From assembly GCA_052170135.1 (NCBI GenBank), contig JBQNBC010000002.1, positions 127,426-191,425 of the forward strand: a stretch of DNA of 64,000 bases. Reading direction: 5' to 3'. The stretch's first letter is position 1. The number at the start of each line of letters is the position of its first letter. Origin of the DNA: Wolinella sp. (GTDB lineage Bacteria > Campylobacterota > Campylobacteria > Campylobacterales > Helicobacteraceae). Below the pieces are notes generated by a model. That model was not told the origin of the DNA and made no database searches. It was given only the letters and a program-made list of their open reading frames with translations. This document shows, piece by piece, positions 31,454 through 41,941 of the stretch. The position numbers and the translations under genes are program-made.

Positions 31454-31775
31454 CATGGGTGTGGCGGAGGGTTACTTTGCAAAAAGAGGAAAGTCCGAGC
31501 TGCATTAAGACAGGGTTCTATCTAACGGATAGCTATCGCAAGATAAGGGAAAGTGCAACAGAAAATAGACCGCCGAATTTTTGGTAAGGGTGAAACGGTG
31601 GAGTAAGAGCCTACCGGATTCCTAGCAATAAGAATCGCATGGTAAACCCAACCCGCAGCAAGAATGGCATGGTTAGCGTCTTAAATTTCTAGCCATTCGC
31701 TCCGAGCGTTATCGTGAGATAATCGCCTAGATGAATAGCCCTTTAAACAGAACTCGGCTTATAGCCACACCCATG
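31454..31775 (+). ncRNA. rnpB: RNase P RNA (bacterial type A)
   Basis: GAGGAAAGTCCGAGCT, GAAAGTGCAACAGAAA, GGGTGAAACGGTGGAGTAAGAGC, GGTAAACCC, ACAGAACTCGGCTTA; P1 pairing CATGGGTGTGGC/GCCACACCCATG. Confidence 0.97.
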
Positions 31776-31991
31776 CTATGATGAGCTTTGCTACGTTCTA
31801 AACACTATTATCTGTGTGCTTAGATTCTCAAACAAGTTCCTAATGCATCTAACTACACAACCAAAAAATACAAAAATCCAAAGAAGAATATCCATACAAA
31901 GCCGTTTTTATCGCCTTTTCAAAGATAAAACTAATTAGCACTAATTATCACTTAAGCTTTTTTTGGATTTCATTCTAACTTTTATTTTTAA

Positions 31992-32006
31992 TAATAACTC
32001 TTATTA
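31992..32006 (+). promoter_or_regulatory. Fur-box-like 7-1-7 operator
   Basis: TAATAAC-T-CTTATTA versus H. pylori Fur consensus TAATAAT-n-ATTATTA, just upstream of the TonB-dependent receptor RBS. Confidence 0.6.
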
Positions 32007-32024
32007 ATATAAAGGGATCATAAA

Positions 32025-34001
32025 ATGGGCACAAGCAATGAAAAAAACCAAAGAACATGCACTAGCTTCAGCGCACTTAGCATAGTTGTAGCCACACTTA
32101 TTTCACACAATGCGTTAGCTAGTCAATCACTAAAGCTAAACAGCGTGCAAATCACCCAAGATAGCGAGAATCTACTAGGAAGTAGCTCGCAAATATCACG
32201 CGAAAAAATAAAACAAAGTATCTCTTTTGATGCTAAAGACACACTAAAAAATGAGCTGTCCATAGACATAGGCGGTGGCAATAGAAATGCACAAAGAATC
32301 TATATGCGAGGAATCGAAGGAAGTAACATCAATATAACAATCGATGGCGCAAAGCAAGGAAGGAATCTATTCCAACATAGAGGCGATATGTTAGGTATTG
32401 ACCCGAGTCTACTTAAAAAAGTCAAAGTACGGACGCTAGCAAATGGTGAAAGCAATGGACTTGCTGGTGGTATTGCATTTGAGAGTGTCGATGCACAGGA
32501 ACTACTAGGCTCACAAAATATAGGTGCGGCCATACGTAGCGGCTACACAAGCTCATCACGTGGGGCAAATGGTGGCGTATCGCTATTTGGTAAACTATAC
32601 GAAAAAGGTGCTCTACTCCTTGATATCTCAGGGCAAAATCTAGAAGACTATCGCACTGGAAGCGGTGAAAAATCCCTAAATAGCGCATCAAAAGACAAAA
32701 ATTACTTTGCAAAAATGACAATTTTAGATGGTGCGCACTCTCTTAGGCTAAGCGCGCTATCAAACAAGAATCGAGCACACTACATTACAGGTGGCCCAGG
32801 TAGTGACTTTGGCATACCCAGCCTAGCGCGCGCGGCAAGCCTACATGAAATCACGCAAGATACCTACTCGCTACGACATCAATACAACCCAGAAAATCCA
32901 TACATAAATATCGAAAGCAAAATCTACTTCAATAAAAAAGCATTAAAGAATCTCACAAATACAATCGATGTATCAAGCGAAAATCTAGGCGGAAGCATAA
33001 AAAATGGGATCTACTTTGAGATTCTCAGCTCACAAAACAACATAGATTTTGGAATAGATTTTGACGATGAGGATGGTAAAAGCAACAGCAGTATAAATAA
33101 AAAATTAGTCAACAACAAATCAGAAAATCTAGGCGTGTTTGCACGCATTAATTCCCAGCTTGGCGCACTAAAGCTCTCGTATGGTGCGAGATTTGATGAC
33201 TTTCAAAGTGAGTTTGGTTCAAAAGAGCTAAAAGGCAATGAGCTATCACCATTTTTAGGAATCGAATATGAAATAGTCGAGAATCTATCGCTATTTGCGA
33301 AATATTCTGAGGCGGTGCGCGCATCTGGAACAATGCCTATACAGTGGATGGGAAACATTACAAGCAAGACAAATATCAACGATGGAAATGCGCTAAAACC
33401 AGAGGAATCGACTCAAAAAGAGGGTGGCATCAAATATATCACAACACTTAATAATGGCACACAAATTGGGTTTAGCAGTGCTATTTTTGAAACCACACTC
33501 AAGAATCTAATCCAAAGTAGCGGAGGGGGGAGAGCCATAGCCAAAGTGTGGAATAGTCAAAAAGATGTAATCTCAAAAGGCTATGAGTTACGCGCATCAT
33601 GGGAGACGAGCGACTTTGGTGTGTCGCTTGGCTACACAAAGGCAAAACTAGAAGACAATGACGGGAATCGCTTCACTAGCGCACGAAGAATCGCGGCATC
33701 AAGTGGAAACAAACTCGTGATAGATAGTATGTATGCGCTATCTCCAAAGCTAAGGGCTGGCTACACAATGAGCGCATTAAAAGGACTAGATGGCGTCTAT
33801 GACAGAAAGCGTAGTGGATATGCGCTACATGACGTATGGCTAGAGTGGCTACCAAAGGGCGTAGATGGGCTTAGCCTAAACTTTGCTATAAAAAATCTAG
33901 CAGATAAGAGCTACTACAGCCACGCATCATTTGCGCAAGGCGATGCAATAGTGAAAGAATCTGGGCGCGATTTCAGACTCTCAATGAGATACCAATTCTA
34001 A
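32025..34001 (+). CDS. TonB-dependent outer membrane receptor (FrpB-like)
   Basis: Signal peptide, plug (IYMRG...ITIDGA, IDP.LLK.V.V), LKPE, NLADKSY, GRDFRLSMRYQF with terminal Phe. Confidence 0.93.
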   Translation: MGTSNEKNQRTCTSFSALSIVVATLISHNALASQSLKLNSVQITQDSENLLGSSSQISREKIKQSISFDAKDTLKNELSIDIGGGNRNAQRIYMRGIEGSNINITIDGAKQGRNLFQHRGDMLGIDPSLLKKVKVRTLANGESNGLAGGIAFESVDAQELLGSQNIGAAIRSGYTSSSRGANGGVSLFGKLYEKGALLLDISGQNLEDYRTGSGEKSLNSASKDKNYFAKMTILDGAHSLRLSALSNKNRAHYITGGPGSDFGIPSLARAASLHEITQDTYSLRHQYNPENPYINIESKIYFNKKALKNLTNTIDVSSENLGGSIKNGIYFEILSSQNNIDFGIDFDDEDGKSNSSINKKLVNNKSENLGVFARINSQLGALKLSYGARFDDFQSEFGSKELKGNELSPFLGIEYEIVENLSLFAKYSEAVRASGTMPIQWMGNITSKTNINDGNALKPEESTQKEGGIKYITTLNNGTQIGFSSAIFETTLKNLIQSSGGGRAIAKVWNSQKDVISKGYELRASWETSDFGVSLGYTKAKLEDNDGNRFTSARRIAASSGNKLVIDSMYALSPKLRAGYTMSALKGLDGVYDRKRSGYALHDVWLEWLPKGVDGLSLNFAIKNLADKSYYSHASFAQGDAIVKESGRDFRLSMRYQF

Positions 34002-34016
34002 AACTAAAAGGCTAGC

Positions 34017-34036
34017 AAGAATCAAGTGCGATTCTT
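34017..34036. terminator. Hairpin between convergent receptor and dynamin genes
   Basis: AAGAATC-AAGTGC-GATTCTT. Confidence 0.55.
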
Positions 34037-34060
34037 TGACTTTGCCGTGCAATCCTTAGC

Positions 34061-36091
34061 TTAAGAATCCACCTCATCATTAGAGTTTATCTTCTTGAGT
34101 AGATCATCAAGAATCGTGATCTGCTCACTCATTAGCCCTATCTTTTCAGATAGTAGTGCGCGCTTATCATCAACAAGACTATGAGATAGCGTAAACATCT
34201 TCTGATACGCTCTATCTGCGACAGTGCTCTCACCCTCTATCTTTGGTAGATATATCTGCAACGCAAAAGAATCTTCTAAAAGCGTTAGAATCTCATCAAA
34301 ACTAGGATGATATATTGGGAAGTCCATAGGAGCTTTGATATGCCTGAGTATTGAGCTTTCCATACGCTCTTCAAGGCGCAAAATAGCAAGCTCTAACATC
34401 TTTTCATGTGCACCACCAAAAAGAGAAAGTAAAGAACCTAACTCAGAGTGAATAAAGGCAGTCATCTCATTTTGGTTTGAGACAAAATCCTTAATAATAA
34501 GCTCATAGCTCTTCGCAGCGAATTTTCTCATGTTTGAATGCGCAGAATCAGAACCAAGCGAATGTCGCTTTCTCACTAGCTCATGTGGCTCTTGCCAAAG
34601 TTTCACACTCTCTTTTAACTCTGATAATGGCTCTAAAAATGAACTATCCATACGCTCCATAGCACGACGAATTTTAAACTGTATCGCCTTGAAGAATCGC
34701 ATATTTTTAGAATCGCCCAAAAATAGCTCTTCATTTACCCTGTCCCTATCAAGGCGCGCGACAAGCAGGGTTTGCTTACTTTTTATCTCAATACCCAGGC
34801 GATTCTTATTGCGCTTTACATGCTCACGCTCCTCTTTTAGGACGTGACGATATAGCGTCTCCGCGATATTTTCTAGATGATAGCGGATATCTTGAGAAAT
34901 CTTATGTAACTCAGTGCGATGGGAGTTTTTCAACTCCTTTAGCGACTGATCTAGATTGCTTGCATAGCGTGCCAAAATCAAATCTAGTCGCTCATAGATT
35001 TGCTGAAAATTCTCATACTGCGCCTTTAAAATATCTATAATTTTCCTCATCTCATTTTTAAGCGTAAACTCCTTTAAAAGGAGTGACTTTGGCATTAGCT
35101 CACTGTTTATAAAATCCAATACAGGCTTAAAGTTCGATTCTTCATAAAGCTTCATCGCTCGCGAAGAATCGCCGGCACAAAATCCATCTATGCGCGCTTC
35201 ATGCTCTTTGACTAGGGCTATAATTTTATCCTTATCAAAACTGCGCAAAAGCGACAGTTGAGTGATTTCACGTGATAACTGCCACAACTCTTCTTGAGCG
35301 ATCTCGCCCTTATCAAAGCCTTTTGCCTGAAGAGCAAGCCTAGAAGAGACCGGAATCACATCGGCAAAAAACTCACCAAAACGCCCCTTGATATACTCGA
35401 CAACACTTTGTATCTGTTCGGGAGAATCGATACGATCTTTTTGGTTTAGCACGCAGAGACTCTTGCTCGCATACTTCTTTAAATGCTTTTGCAAAATCTC
35501 AAGCTCGCTTTGCTTACCAGCACTATCAATCAAGCTAAGCCAAATAATGCCATCAACGGAATCAAGAATCCGTGAAGTAACTTTTGTATCGTTACTATTT
35601 TGGGAGTTAAATCCTGGCGTATCAAGGAATGTAACACTCTTTAAAAGTTCAGTAGGAGCATAGACTGTGAGCTCCTTTACATCGCGAGAAGCATCCTCTT
35701 CTATGGCTTTTAAATTCTCAATTTTATGAAATTCACTCCTCCCATCGCGCAACACAACTTTTAGAGAAAACTCATCACCATAGCAAAGCTGACAGATTTT
35801 TGAGGTTATTGGCGTTATACCAGTTGGAAGTATTGGCTTGGAGAGAATAGCATTTAAAAATGTCGATTTACCAGCGGAGAACTGCCCAATAATGGCTACT
35901 TTCATAGGCTCTAGCGCACGCTTGCGAAGATTTGAAAGCTCATCTTTTAGCTCATTTGATGGCAAAAATCGCTCATTATTAAGCGTGTAACTAAGCATGT
36001 CTATCAATCCAAGCAGGTCTTTATTAAAGCTCGGTGCGTTGCGCTCGCTATTTTCCTTATAAGCGACAATAAACTGCTCTAACAGAGTCAT
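34061..36091 (-). CDS. Bacterial dynamin-like GTPase 2 (C. jejuni Cj0412/DLP2-like)
   Basis: GQFSAGKST, LPTGITPIT, DTPGFNS, NQKD; helical C-terminus. Confidence 0.9.
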   Translation of the reverse strand: MTLLEQFIVAYKENSERNAPSFNKDLLGLIDMLSYTLNNERFLPSNELKDELSNLRKRALEPMKVAIIGQFSAGKSTFLNAILSKPILPTGITPITSKICQLCYGDEFSLKVVLRDGRSEFHKIENLKAIEEDASRDVKELTVYAPTELLKSVTFLDTPGFNSQNSNDTKVTSRILDSVDGIIWLSLIDSAGKQSELEILQKHLKKYASKSLCVLNQKDRIDSPEQIQSVVEYIKGRFGEFFADVIPVSSRLALQAKGFDKGEIAQEELWQLSREITQLSLLRSFDKDKIIALVKEHEARIDGFCAGDSSRAMKLYEESNFKPVLDFINSELMPKSLLLKEFTLKNEMRKIIDILKAQYENFQQIYERLDLILARYASNLDQSLKELKNSHRTELHKISQDIRYHLENIAETLYRHVLKEEREHVKRNKNRLGIEIKSKQTLLVARLDRDRVNEELFLGDSKNMRFFKAIQFKIRRAMERMDSSFLEPLSELKESVKLWQEPHELVRKRHSLGSDSAHSNMRKFAAKSYELIIKDFVSNQNEMTAFIHSELGSLLSLFGGAHEKMLELAILRLEERMESSILRHIKAPMDFPIYHPSFDEILTLLEDSFALQIYLPKIEGESTVADRAYQKMFTLSHSLVDDKRALLSEKIGLMSEQITILDDLLKKINSNDEVDS

Positions 36092-38499
36092 GCAATCTCC
36101 TTTAGGAGCTTTTCAATCTCATCCTTTGCGCTAGATATCTTCGATTCTTCAAGAAGTAGCTCTTTTTCCTGTTTTTCACGTATCTCTGTGCTGCCTTCAC
36201 GCATTTTTATCTCCATAGCTAGCACGCTCTCTTGTTGTGACAAAACCGCACTCGCATACTCATACACTCTCCCAGTAACCGTATCAAAGCGCATTAAAAG
36301 CTCGCCACCTAGCTCATCAGTCCTAGCACGCGCTAACTCCACAAGAGAATCGAAGCTAAAAGCAAAAACTTTCCTCAACTCCGCTTCAATGTCCTTACTG
36401 CCACCATTGACGATGCCAACCACACTCTTTTTAAGAATTGAATTATTATCAATAAGCCTACCGCCTTTTGTCTCGTCTACCAAAATCCCATTAAATTCCT
36501 GCATAAGCTCATCTAAAAACTGTGGCGCAAAGAGATACGATAGCTTCTCAAACTCCGACTCAATCTCTTGCATCAAAAAGTGTAATTTCTTGCCAAACTT
36601 ATGCCGATAGTCGCGCGCAATATCAACAAGCGCATCTTGGATTCCCAGCTCGATCATATTCTCTAGTCGCGCAGCTGTAGGCTTTTTACCACGTGATACC
36701 TCATAGCGAATATCATCTAGCACACGCTCTTGTAGGACATTTCGCACCTCAATAAGCTTAAAACCAACAGAAGTAGCCAAAGAATCTAGATATGAGCTAA
36801 TCCCATCACGCTGAGCACCAAGCGAATCACGAATCTTTTCCATATCTATTAGCGTCTGCACTCTTGTCCGCTCCAGCTCAGAAAGTCGCGCAGACAACCT
36901 ATCAATACTCTCACTTGCTAACTCCTTTTTTAGAGAAAGCTCACGGAGAATCTCATCAAACACACCCAAAAGCTCTCGGCATGCACCATATAGCATTGTC
37001 TTTGTCTTTTTCGCATTTTTACCAAACAGCATATCGCGCAAGTAGGATTCTACGCGTAAAATACCAGTATCCTCCAGCTCGTATCCACGCTCTAATGCCT
37101 CCTCTGCACGCCCAGTGCGATGAAGTAGAGCAAGCTTAGAAGCAATGGGGATAAACTCAAGCCTCTCCACTATCTCACTAAAGTTTACTTTTTGATTACA
37201 GACTCGCAATCGCTCTCTTATGCTATCTGTGGTGTAGTGCATGGCAGACGCGAGCTCATCTTTACTAAGCGTATCCGCACGCGTGAGAATCACAAGCAGT
37301 CGCGAGACGTTTTGATACACAAGTGCATCAATAATAAAATCAACATCTTTTTGTGTCGCGCTTTGAGCGGCATTCATCAAATGTAGCATCACATCACAAC
37401 CAATAACATATCGCTTTGTTATCTCTTCGCGCTGCGTCAATGGGTCATCAAGTCCAGGAGTATCTACTATCTCCACCCCCTCACCTAAAAACTCAAGTGG
37501 GGTAAAAATCTCAACAGATCTAACCAAATTACAAAGCTTTGATGGGTGCTTCGCCGATGTGTATGTAGGTAGCTCATCTATGGATATCTCATGACTTTGA
37601 CTATCATCTGAGATATATCGCGCTAATGTAGTGCCAAAAGTGGCTATGGATTCTTTGACAAAATAGTCTATCCCCTCGTCAAACTGCGCACTTCTAGCGA
37701 TACTTTCCCACTCACGTGCACTCCAAAAATGCACAACCGCATACTCGCGCTCGCTATATCTAAGTATCGTGAGATTTGCCGTCTCTGGGATTACATTTGT
37801 ACCCAAAATCTCACGTTGCAAAATTGCATTTAGCATGGTGCTTTTACCGGCATTCATAACGCCCGTAACGCCAATTGAAAACTTCTGCTCAACTAGTTTA
37901 TTAACTATCTCTTTGAATTTTTCACCATATTTTAAAGATGATTCTAGTTCGGCTATCGCCTCTATCGCATGCTCTATACGCGAGATTCCCACTTGTAAGA
38001 ATCCATCATGAAAAACCTCGCTATCCACCTCGGATTCAACATTTTCGCTTTGTGCATGTCGCTCATCATGATGAGATAGCAGCTGATGTAACACCGCTCT
38101 TATACGTTGCTCCTCCTCAAATAGTAAAATTCCCTCGCGTTTTAGTCTGGAGACACGCTCTAAAATCTCATGAAAAATACGAGACGATGGGAAAGAATCC
38201 AAAAGCTCCAAAGTGGCAAGCTGAAGTAGCTTTATACCATCTAAGCTCATCTCTTTTCCAGGCTCAAAGAATCCATGGCTTGCTTCCATGGTCTCAAATA
38301 GCGAAATATATAACTCACGTAAAAAATCAATACGCGAGAAGATTTCAAAATTTCGCTCATTGCAAGATAGAAGAATTGCGTACAAATCTATCCCCTCGAC
38401 ACCAAGCCGCTCCACAAATAATGCTAGCTTATCGCTATCTACTAGCTCTCGCTCTTCATTATAAATCAGTAGAAAAAAATCTCTAAAAATTTGCGTCAT
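36088..38499 (-). CDS. Bacterial dynamin-like GTPase 1 (C. jejuni Cj0411/DLP1-like)
   Basis: GVMNAGKST, PETANLT, DTPGLDD, TRAD; long helical stalk. Confidence 0.9.
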   Translation of the reverse strand: MTQIFRDFFLLIYNEERELVDSDKLALFVERLGVEGIDLYAILLSCNERNFEIFSRIDFLRELYISLFETMEASHGFFEPGKEMSLDGIKLLQLATLELLDSFPSSRIFHEILERVSRLKREGILLFEEEQRIRAVLHQLLSHHDERHAQSENVESEVDSEVFHDGFLQVGISRIEHAIEAIAELESSLKYGEKFKEIVNKLVEQKFSIGVTGVMNAGKSTMLNAILQREILGTNVIPETANLTILRYSEREYAVVHFWSAREWESIARSAQFDEGIDYFVKESIATFGTTLARYISDDSQSHEISIDELPTYTSAKHPSKLCNLVRSVEIFTPLEFLGEGVEIVDTPGLDDPLTQREEITKRYVIGCDVMLHLMNAAQSATQKDVDFIIDALVYQNVSRLLVILTRADTLSKDELASAMHYTTDSIRERLRVCNQKVNFSEIVERLEFIPIASKLALLHRTGRAEEALERGYELEDTGILRVESYLRDMLFGKNAKKTKTMLYGACRELLGVFDEILRELSLKKELASESIDRLSARLSELERTRVQTLIDMEKIRDSLGAQRDGISSYLDSLATSVGFKLIEVRNVLQERVLDDIRYEVSRGKKPTAARLENMIELGIQDALVDIARDYRHKFGKKLHFLMQEIESEFEKLSYLFAPQFLDELMQEFNGILVDETKGGRLIDNNSILKKSVVGIVNGGSKDIEAELRKVFAFSFDSLVELARARTDELGGELLMRFDTVTGRVYEYASAVLSQQESVLAMEIKMREGSTEIREKQEKELLLEESKISSAKDEIEKLLKEIA

Positions 38500-39644
38500 A
38501 CACCAGCCCTAAAAAGTTTTTGAAATCTAAAAAAGAGCACTGCGCTAAAAAGTAAAATTGCACCAATACAAAGCACAAAAGCACTCCAACCAAAGTGCTT
38601 ATAAACAACTCCTGGCGCAATAGATCCTATCGTACCACCAGCGTAATAAAAGGCTAGATAGAGTCCATTGACTATCCCTTTTTTCTCAGGAGTAATTGAG
38701 TTTGTGAGACTAGAGAGAATCGAGTGTGAGATAAACATACCCGCACACAAAACAAAAATCGAACCAAATAAAAGCGACATAGACTCATAGATCATCATCG
38801 TAGTGCTAAATGCAAAAATCAAAAGCCCAAACGTAATTGCCCGCTCTTTACCACCTATAAGAATCGTTATACGAGTCGCCAAAAGAGACACAATAACGCC
38901 AATAATATACCCAATATAAAGCAATCCAATCATGCTCTCAGTAATCTCTGGGTCGATCTCTTTGGCACGAAATGGAAGGAAATTCAAAACCGCTTGAAAT
39001 GAGAAAAATATAACAAATGCCGTAAAAAATAGCAACGCATATCGCCTATCTTGCAGGTGAGCGATGATATCACGTGGCATTAATTTTACGATATTTACAC
39101 GACTTTGCGATTGCAGACGAGAGATCAACAACGCACCAAAAAGCGTAGAAAATCCCAAAATCAAAAAAGCAGTCTGCCACGAATATTCCGTCGCGATATA
39201 CCCACCAAATACCCTTCCTACAAAGCCACCCACAACTGTACTAGCTACGTATATGCTTACATATTTTTGGATATTTTGCTGGTCAATTCTCGTCAACACA
39301 GTCAAAATCGTCGTCAAAACCGCTGGCAAAAGTAGCGCCTGAAGGAATCTAATAGCCAAAAATGGCTCATAAGAATCAACAAATGAAAGCAATAGCTGGA
39401 GCACACCGATTGTTGTTAGCGTAAAGATTAAGATTCTCTTTGGTGAGCTCTTTTCCAAAAGATAGCCATAAAATATTGGCGCAAGCGCAAGTGGTAGGAG
39501 AATTATCGACGTTAACAATGATGCCTTTGAGATAGGCACGTCAAACTCTAGAGAAAAGAGTGGCTGAAGTGGCTGCGTGATATACATTAGCGACAGCGTC
39601 ACAATTGTGACATAGATAATTACAAATAGAGTGAAATTTTTCAT
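38496..39644 (-). CDS. MFS transporter (YnfM-like)
   Basis: LMYITQPLQP, GGFVGR, NGLYLAFYYAGG; about 12 TM helices. Confidence 0.88.
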   Translation of the reverse strand: MKNFTLFVIIYVTIVTLSLMYITQPLQPLFSLEFDVPISKASLLTSIILLPLALAPIFYGYLLEKSSPKRILIFTLTTIGVLQLLLSFVDSYEPFLAIRFLQALLLPAVLTTILTVLTRIDQQNIQKYVSIYVASTVVGGFVGRVFGGYIATEYSWQTAFLILGFSTLFGALLISRLQSQSRVNIVKLMPRDIIAHLQDRRYALLFFTAFVIFFSFQAVLNFLPFRAKEIDPEITESMIGLLYIGYIIGVIVSLLATRITILIGGKERAITFGLLIFAFSTTMMIYESMSLLFGSIFVLCAGMFISHSILSSLTNSITPEKKGIVNGLYLAFYYAGGTIGSIAPGVVYKHFGWSAFVLCIGAILLFSAVLFFRFQKLFRAGV

Positions 39645-39813
39645 ACACGCCCCCTCTAGCGCGATTTTGAGAATAAAAAACTATCAACTATTCACAAAAA
39701 TGGAGCTGAATAAGAATCGAGAAAAGTATGCGCGCAACAACTCGAGTCAATGCGCACTTTATATAATTTTACAAAAGGCGGTCAAAGCAAACCTTGACTC
39801 AATTCTCCGCATA

Positions 39814-40386
39814 TCAGCCATGTATGTCTATTCCACGCTCGCCTAAATGTAGTGCACGTGCAAATGCCTCGCCAAAATTTATTGTCCTTGCATAGCCGCT
39901 ATTTTGCTCCTGCGGAAAGGTTGCCTTGGCATTTTGTGTTTGCAACTCAGAGAGACGATATAGCGACTGCGCAGCAATCATCTTCTCACCACGAGTCATA
40001 CCAGCTGTCGCGCGCTCAAATGCCTGAAACTCGTTATCATCCATAAGCTCCAAAACAAGCAGTCCATATGTCTCGCGCGAAGTGGGAATCTCATAGTTCT
40101 CATCATCAGTTCTAAGTGAAAACGAAGTTGCACGAACGCCTTCGCCCTGCTCTATGACTTGCGCATCACGCTTCTCTTCTATTTTTTTTATCTCTTCTGC
40201 CTGCTTTGCTTTTGCTTCATCAGCTTTTAGATTCTCATTTTTTATATTTTGGCGTGTCAAATCGCGCTCGGCACGCAAACTTGTTTCTTCGCTATTTTGT
40301 GATTTTATTGCAACTTCTGCAGATTTTTTAGCCGCTAAAATATCAGCTTGATTTTGCGTTATGGTATTTGAGAGGGGTATTTGCAT
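39814..40386 (-). CDS. Hypothetical protein with a sigma54 promoter
   Basis: GGAG RBS; MQI start; polar/charged composition; C-terminal GIDIHG. Confidence 0.75.
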   Translation of the reverse strand: MQIPLSNTITQNQADILAAKKSAEVAIKSQNSEETSLRAERDLTRQNIKNENLKADEAKAKQAEEIKKIEEKRDAQVIEQGEGVRATSFSLRTDDENYEIPTSRETYGLLVLELMDDNEFQAFERATAGMTRGEKMIAAQSLYRLSELQTQNAKATFPQEQNSGYARTINFGEAFARALHLGERGIDIHG

Positions 40387-40421
40387 AGGCTTTTAGCTCC
40401 GGAGATTTTTGAAGCTAATAA

Positions 40422-40438
40422 AGCAAAAAGAGTTCCTA
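40422..40438 (-). promoter_or_regulatory. Sigma54 -24/-12 promoter
   Basis: Minus strand TAGGAACTCTTTTTGCT = GG-N10-GC, about 36 nt upstream of ATG 40386. Confidence 0.75.
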
Positions 40439-41941
40439 GATATGGCTCATTGCAGTTTGCAAACTAGGAATCTTAAGCGTAAAGCAGATACCAGCACCTC
40501 GATTTTCTAAATCTATCGAGCCATACATTCGACTTTCAATCGTATTTCGCACGGTAAAGAGTCCCATACCAGTGCCCTGTGATTGAAATTTTGTCGTAAA
40601 GTACGGATCAAAAACCTTTGGCAAAATCTCTGGAGGAATCCCACCAGCATTATCGCTAAAAGTCATAGTCAACATATCACCATCATCAAAAGTGGCTATA
40701 CTCGCGCAGATAACAATCTCACCACTACTCTTTTTTGCGCCCTCAAATGCCTCTTTTGTATTGACAAAAAGAGCCATTAAAGCCTCCTCAAATGCCTGAA
40801 AATTATTACTTATCGCCAACTCCTCTGGGATTTCAAGCCTTACATCGACCTTGATTATTCCAAAACCATTACTAATTAGCGAAAGCACCTTCTCCACACT
40901 CTCTCGCACGAAGAATCGCGCCCGCACATCCTGCTTGTCATAGAAGCAAGTTGCCTTTGAGATGGTGTCTGAGAGTGTATTTAACTGCTCCATTATCTTT
41001 TGTACATTTAGCGATAAGGATTCTTTACTCAATTCATCAAACCGATACATATCCTCGATGTCCTGCACAAGGATTCCTACGTTATTTAGTGGTTGTCGCC
41101 ACTGATGCGCAATATTTACAAGTAGCTCACCCATAGCCGCACGACGTGAATTCTCACTTAAAATGCGCTCTTTTAGACGATTCTTATCCACCTCCTCAGC
41201 TACGCGCTTCTCTAGTGCCTCTCTATACATCTCAAGCTCTGTAATATCATTCAGCACGAAAATCTCATATTCTTTAGAAGAGATATTAATCTTGCTATGC
41301 AACAACGAGAATCTAAAATCCTGCTCCTCGCGTCTTAGCACTACTTTATGGATTTTGAGCGTATTTTCATCTAGTGTGCTTATCAGCTCTTTTTTGCTTA
41401 GATTTTTTGGTGATAGATAGCCGACATATTTAGAATCTGTAAAAATATCAACAAAGCTTTTAAATTTGGCATTAAACTCTTCTAGATTTTCTATATCAAA
41501 GAAGTGCAAAAAGCTACGATTGCAGTCAAAAACCTTACCATCGCTCACCACCGCCACAAGCCCACTTTCAGCATCAAGAATCATGCGCGTATATTGAATC
41601 TGCTCTAAAAGTCGCTCGCTACGATTCTTTAGCTCTTTGGCAATTCCGCTAATATTTTCTACTACTTTTGAATTACATTCTCTATCACTAAATATCTCTT
41701 CACCACATGAAATGCGCTCTAAATCAGCCTCAAGCGACTGCACATAAAGTAGTGCACGCCGTATCAAAGTCTGCTCAATAGCCCAGATTGCAAATACACA
41801 AAAGCCAGCCATGATAAAAAATATAGCAGTAATTATAAGTGGATTCTTCTCAAGTATAAATAGTGCAACAGATATAGGCAGTGGCATAACAAGGGCAATC
41901 AAATAAAGCTTTAAGATTATTTTGTTCTTTAAAGAGCTCAT
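40436..41941 (-). CDS. Membrane PAS-domain sensor histidine kinase
   Basis: Two TM helices, PAS-like region, NIAHQWRQPLN H-box, DNAGGI, FDPYFTTK, GTGMGL. Confidence 0.92.
   Translation of the reverse strand: MSSLKNKIILKLYLIALVMPLPISVALFILEKNPLIITAIFFIMAGFCVFAIWAIEQTLIRRALLYVQSLEADLERISCGEEIFSDRECNSKVVENISGIAKELKNRSERLLEQIQYTRMILDAESGLVAVVSDGKVFDCNRSFLHFFDIENLEEFNAKFKSFVDIFTDSKYVGYLSPKNLSKKELISTLDENTLKIHKVVLRREEQDFRFSLLHSKINISSKEYEIFVLNDITELEMYREALEKRVAEEVDKNRLKERILSENSRRAAMGELLVNIAHQWRQPLNNVGILVQDIEDMYRFDELSKESLSLNVQKIMEQLNTLSDTISKATCFYDKQDVRARFFVRESVEKVLSLISNGFGIIKVDVRLEIPEELAISNNFQAFEEALMALFVNTKEAFEGAKKSSGEIVICASIATFDDGDMLTMTFSDNAGGIPPEILPKVFDPYFTTKFQSQGTGMGLFTVRNTIESRMYGSIDLENRGAGICFTLKIPSLQTAMSHI

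Noticed and set aside
33525..33530. G6 run in the TonB-dependent receptor
   Set aside because: Too short for typical phase variation; it encodes Gly codons in frame.
37938..38486. 182-aa ORF antisense to dynamin 1 (likewise 24393..25052 and 30467..31006)
   Set aside because: Fully overlaps well-supported genes on the opposite strand and has no recognisable motifs.
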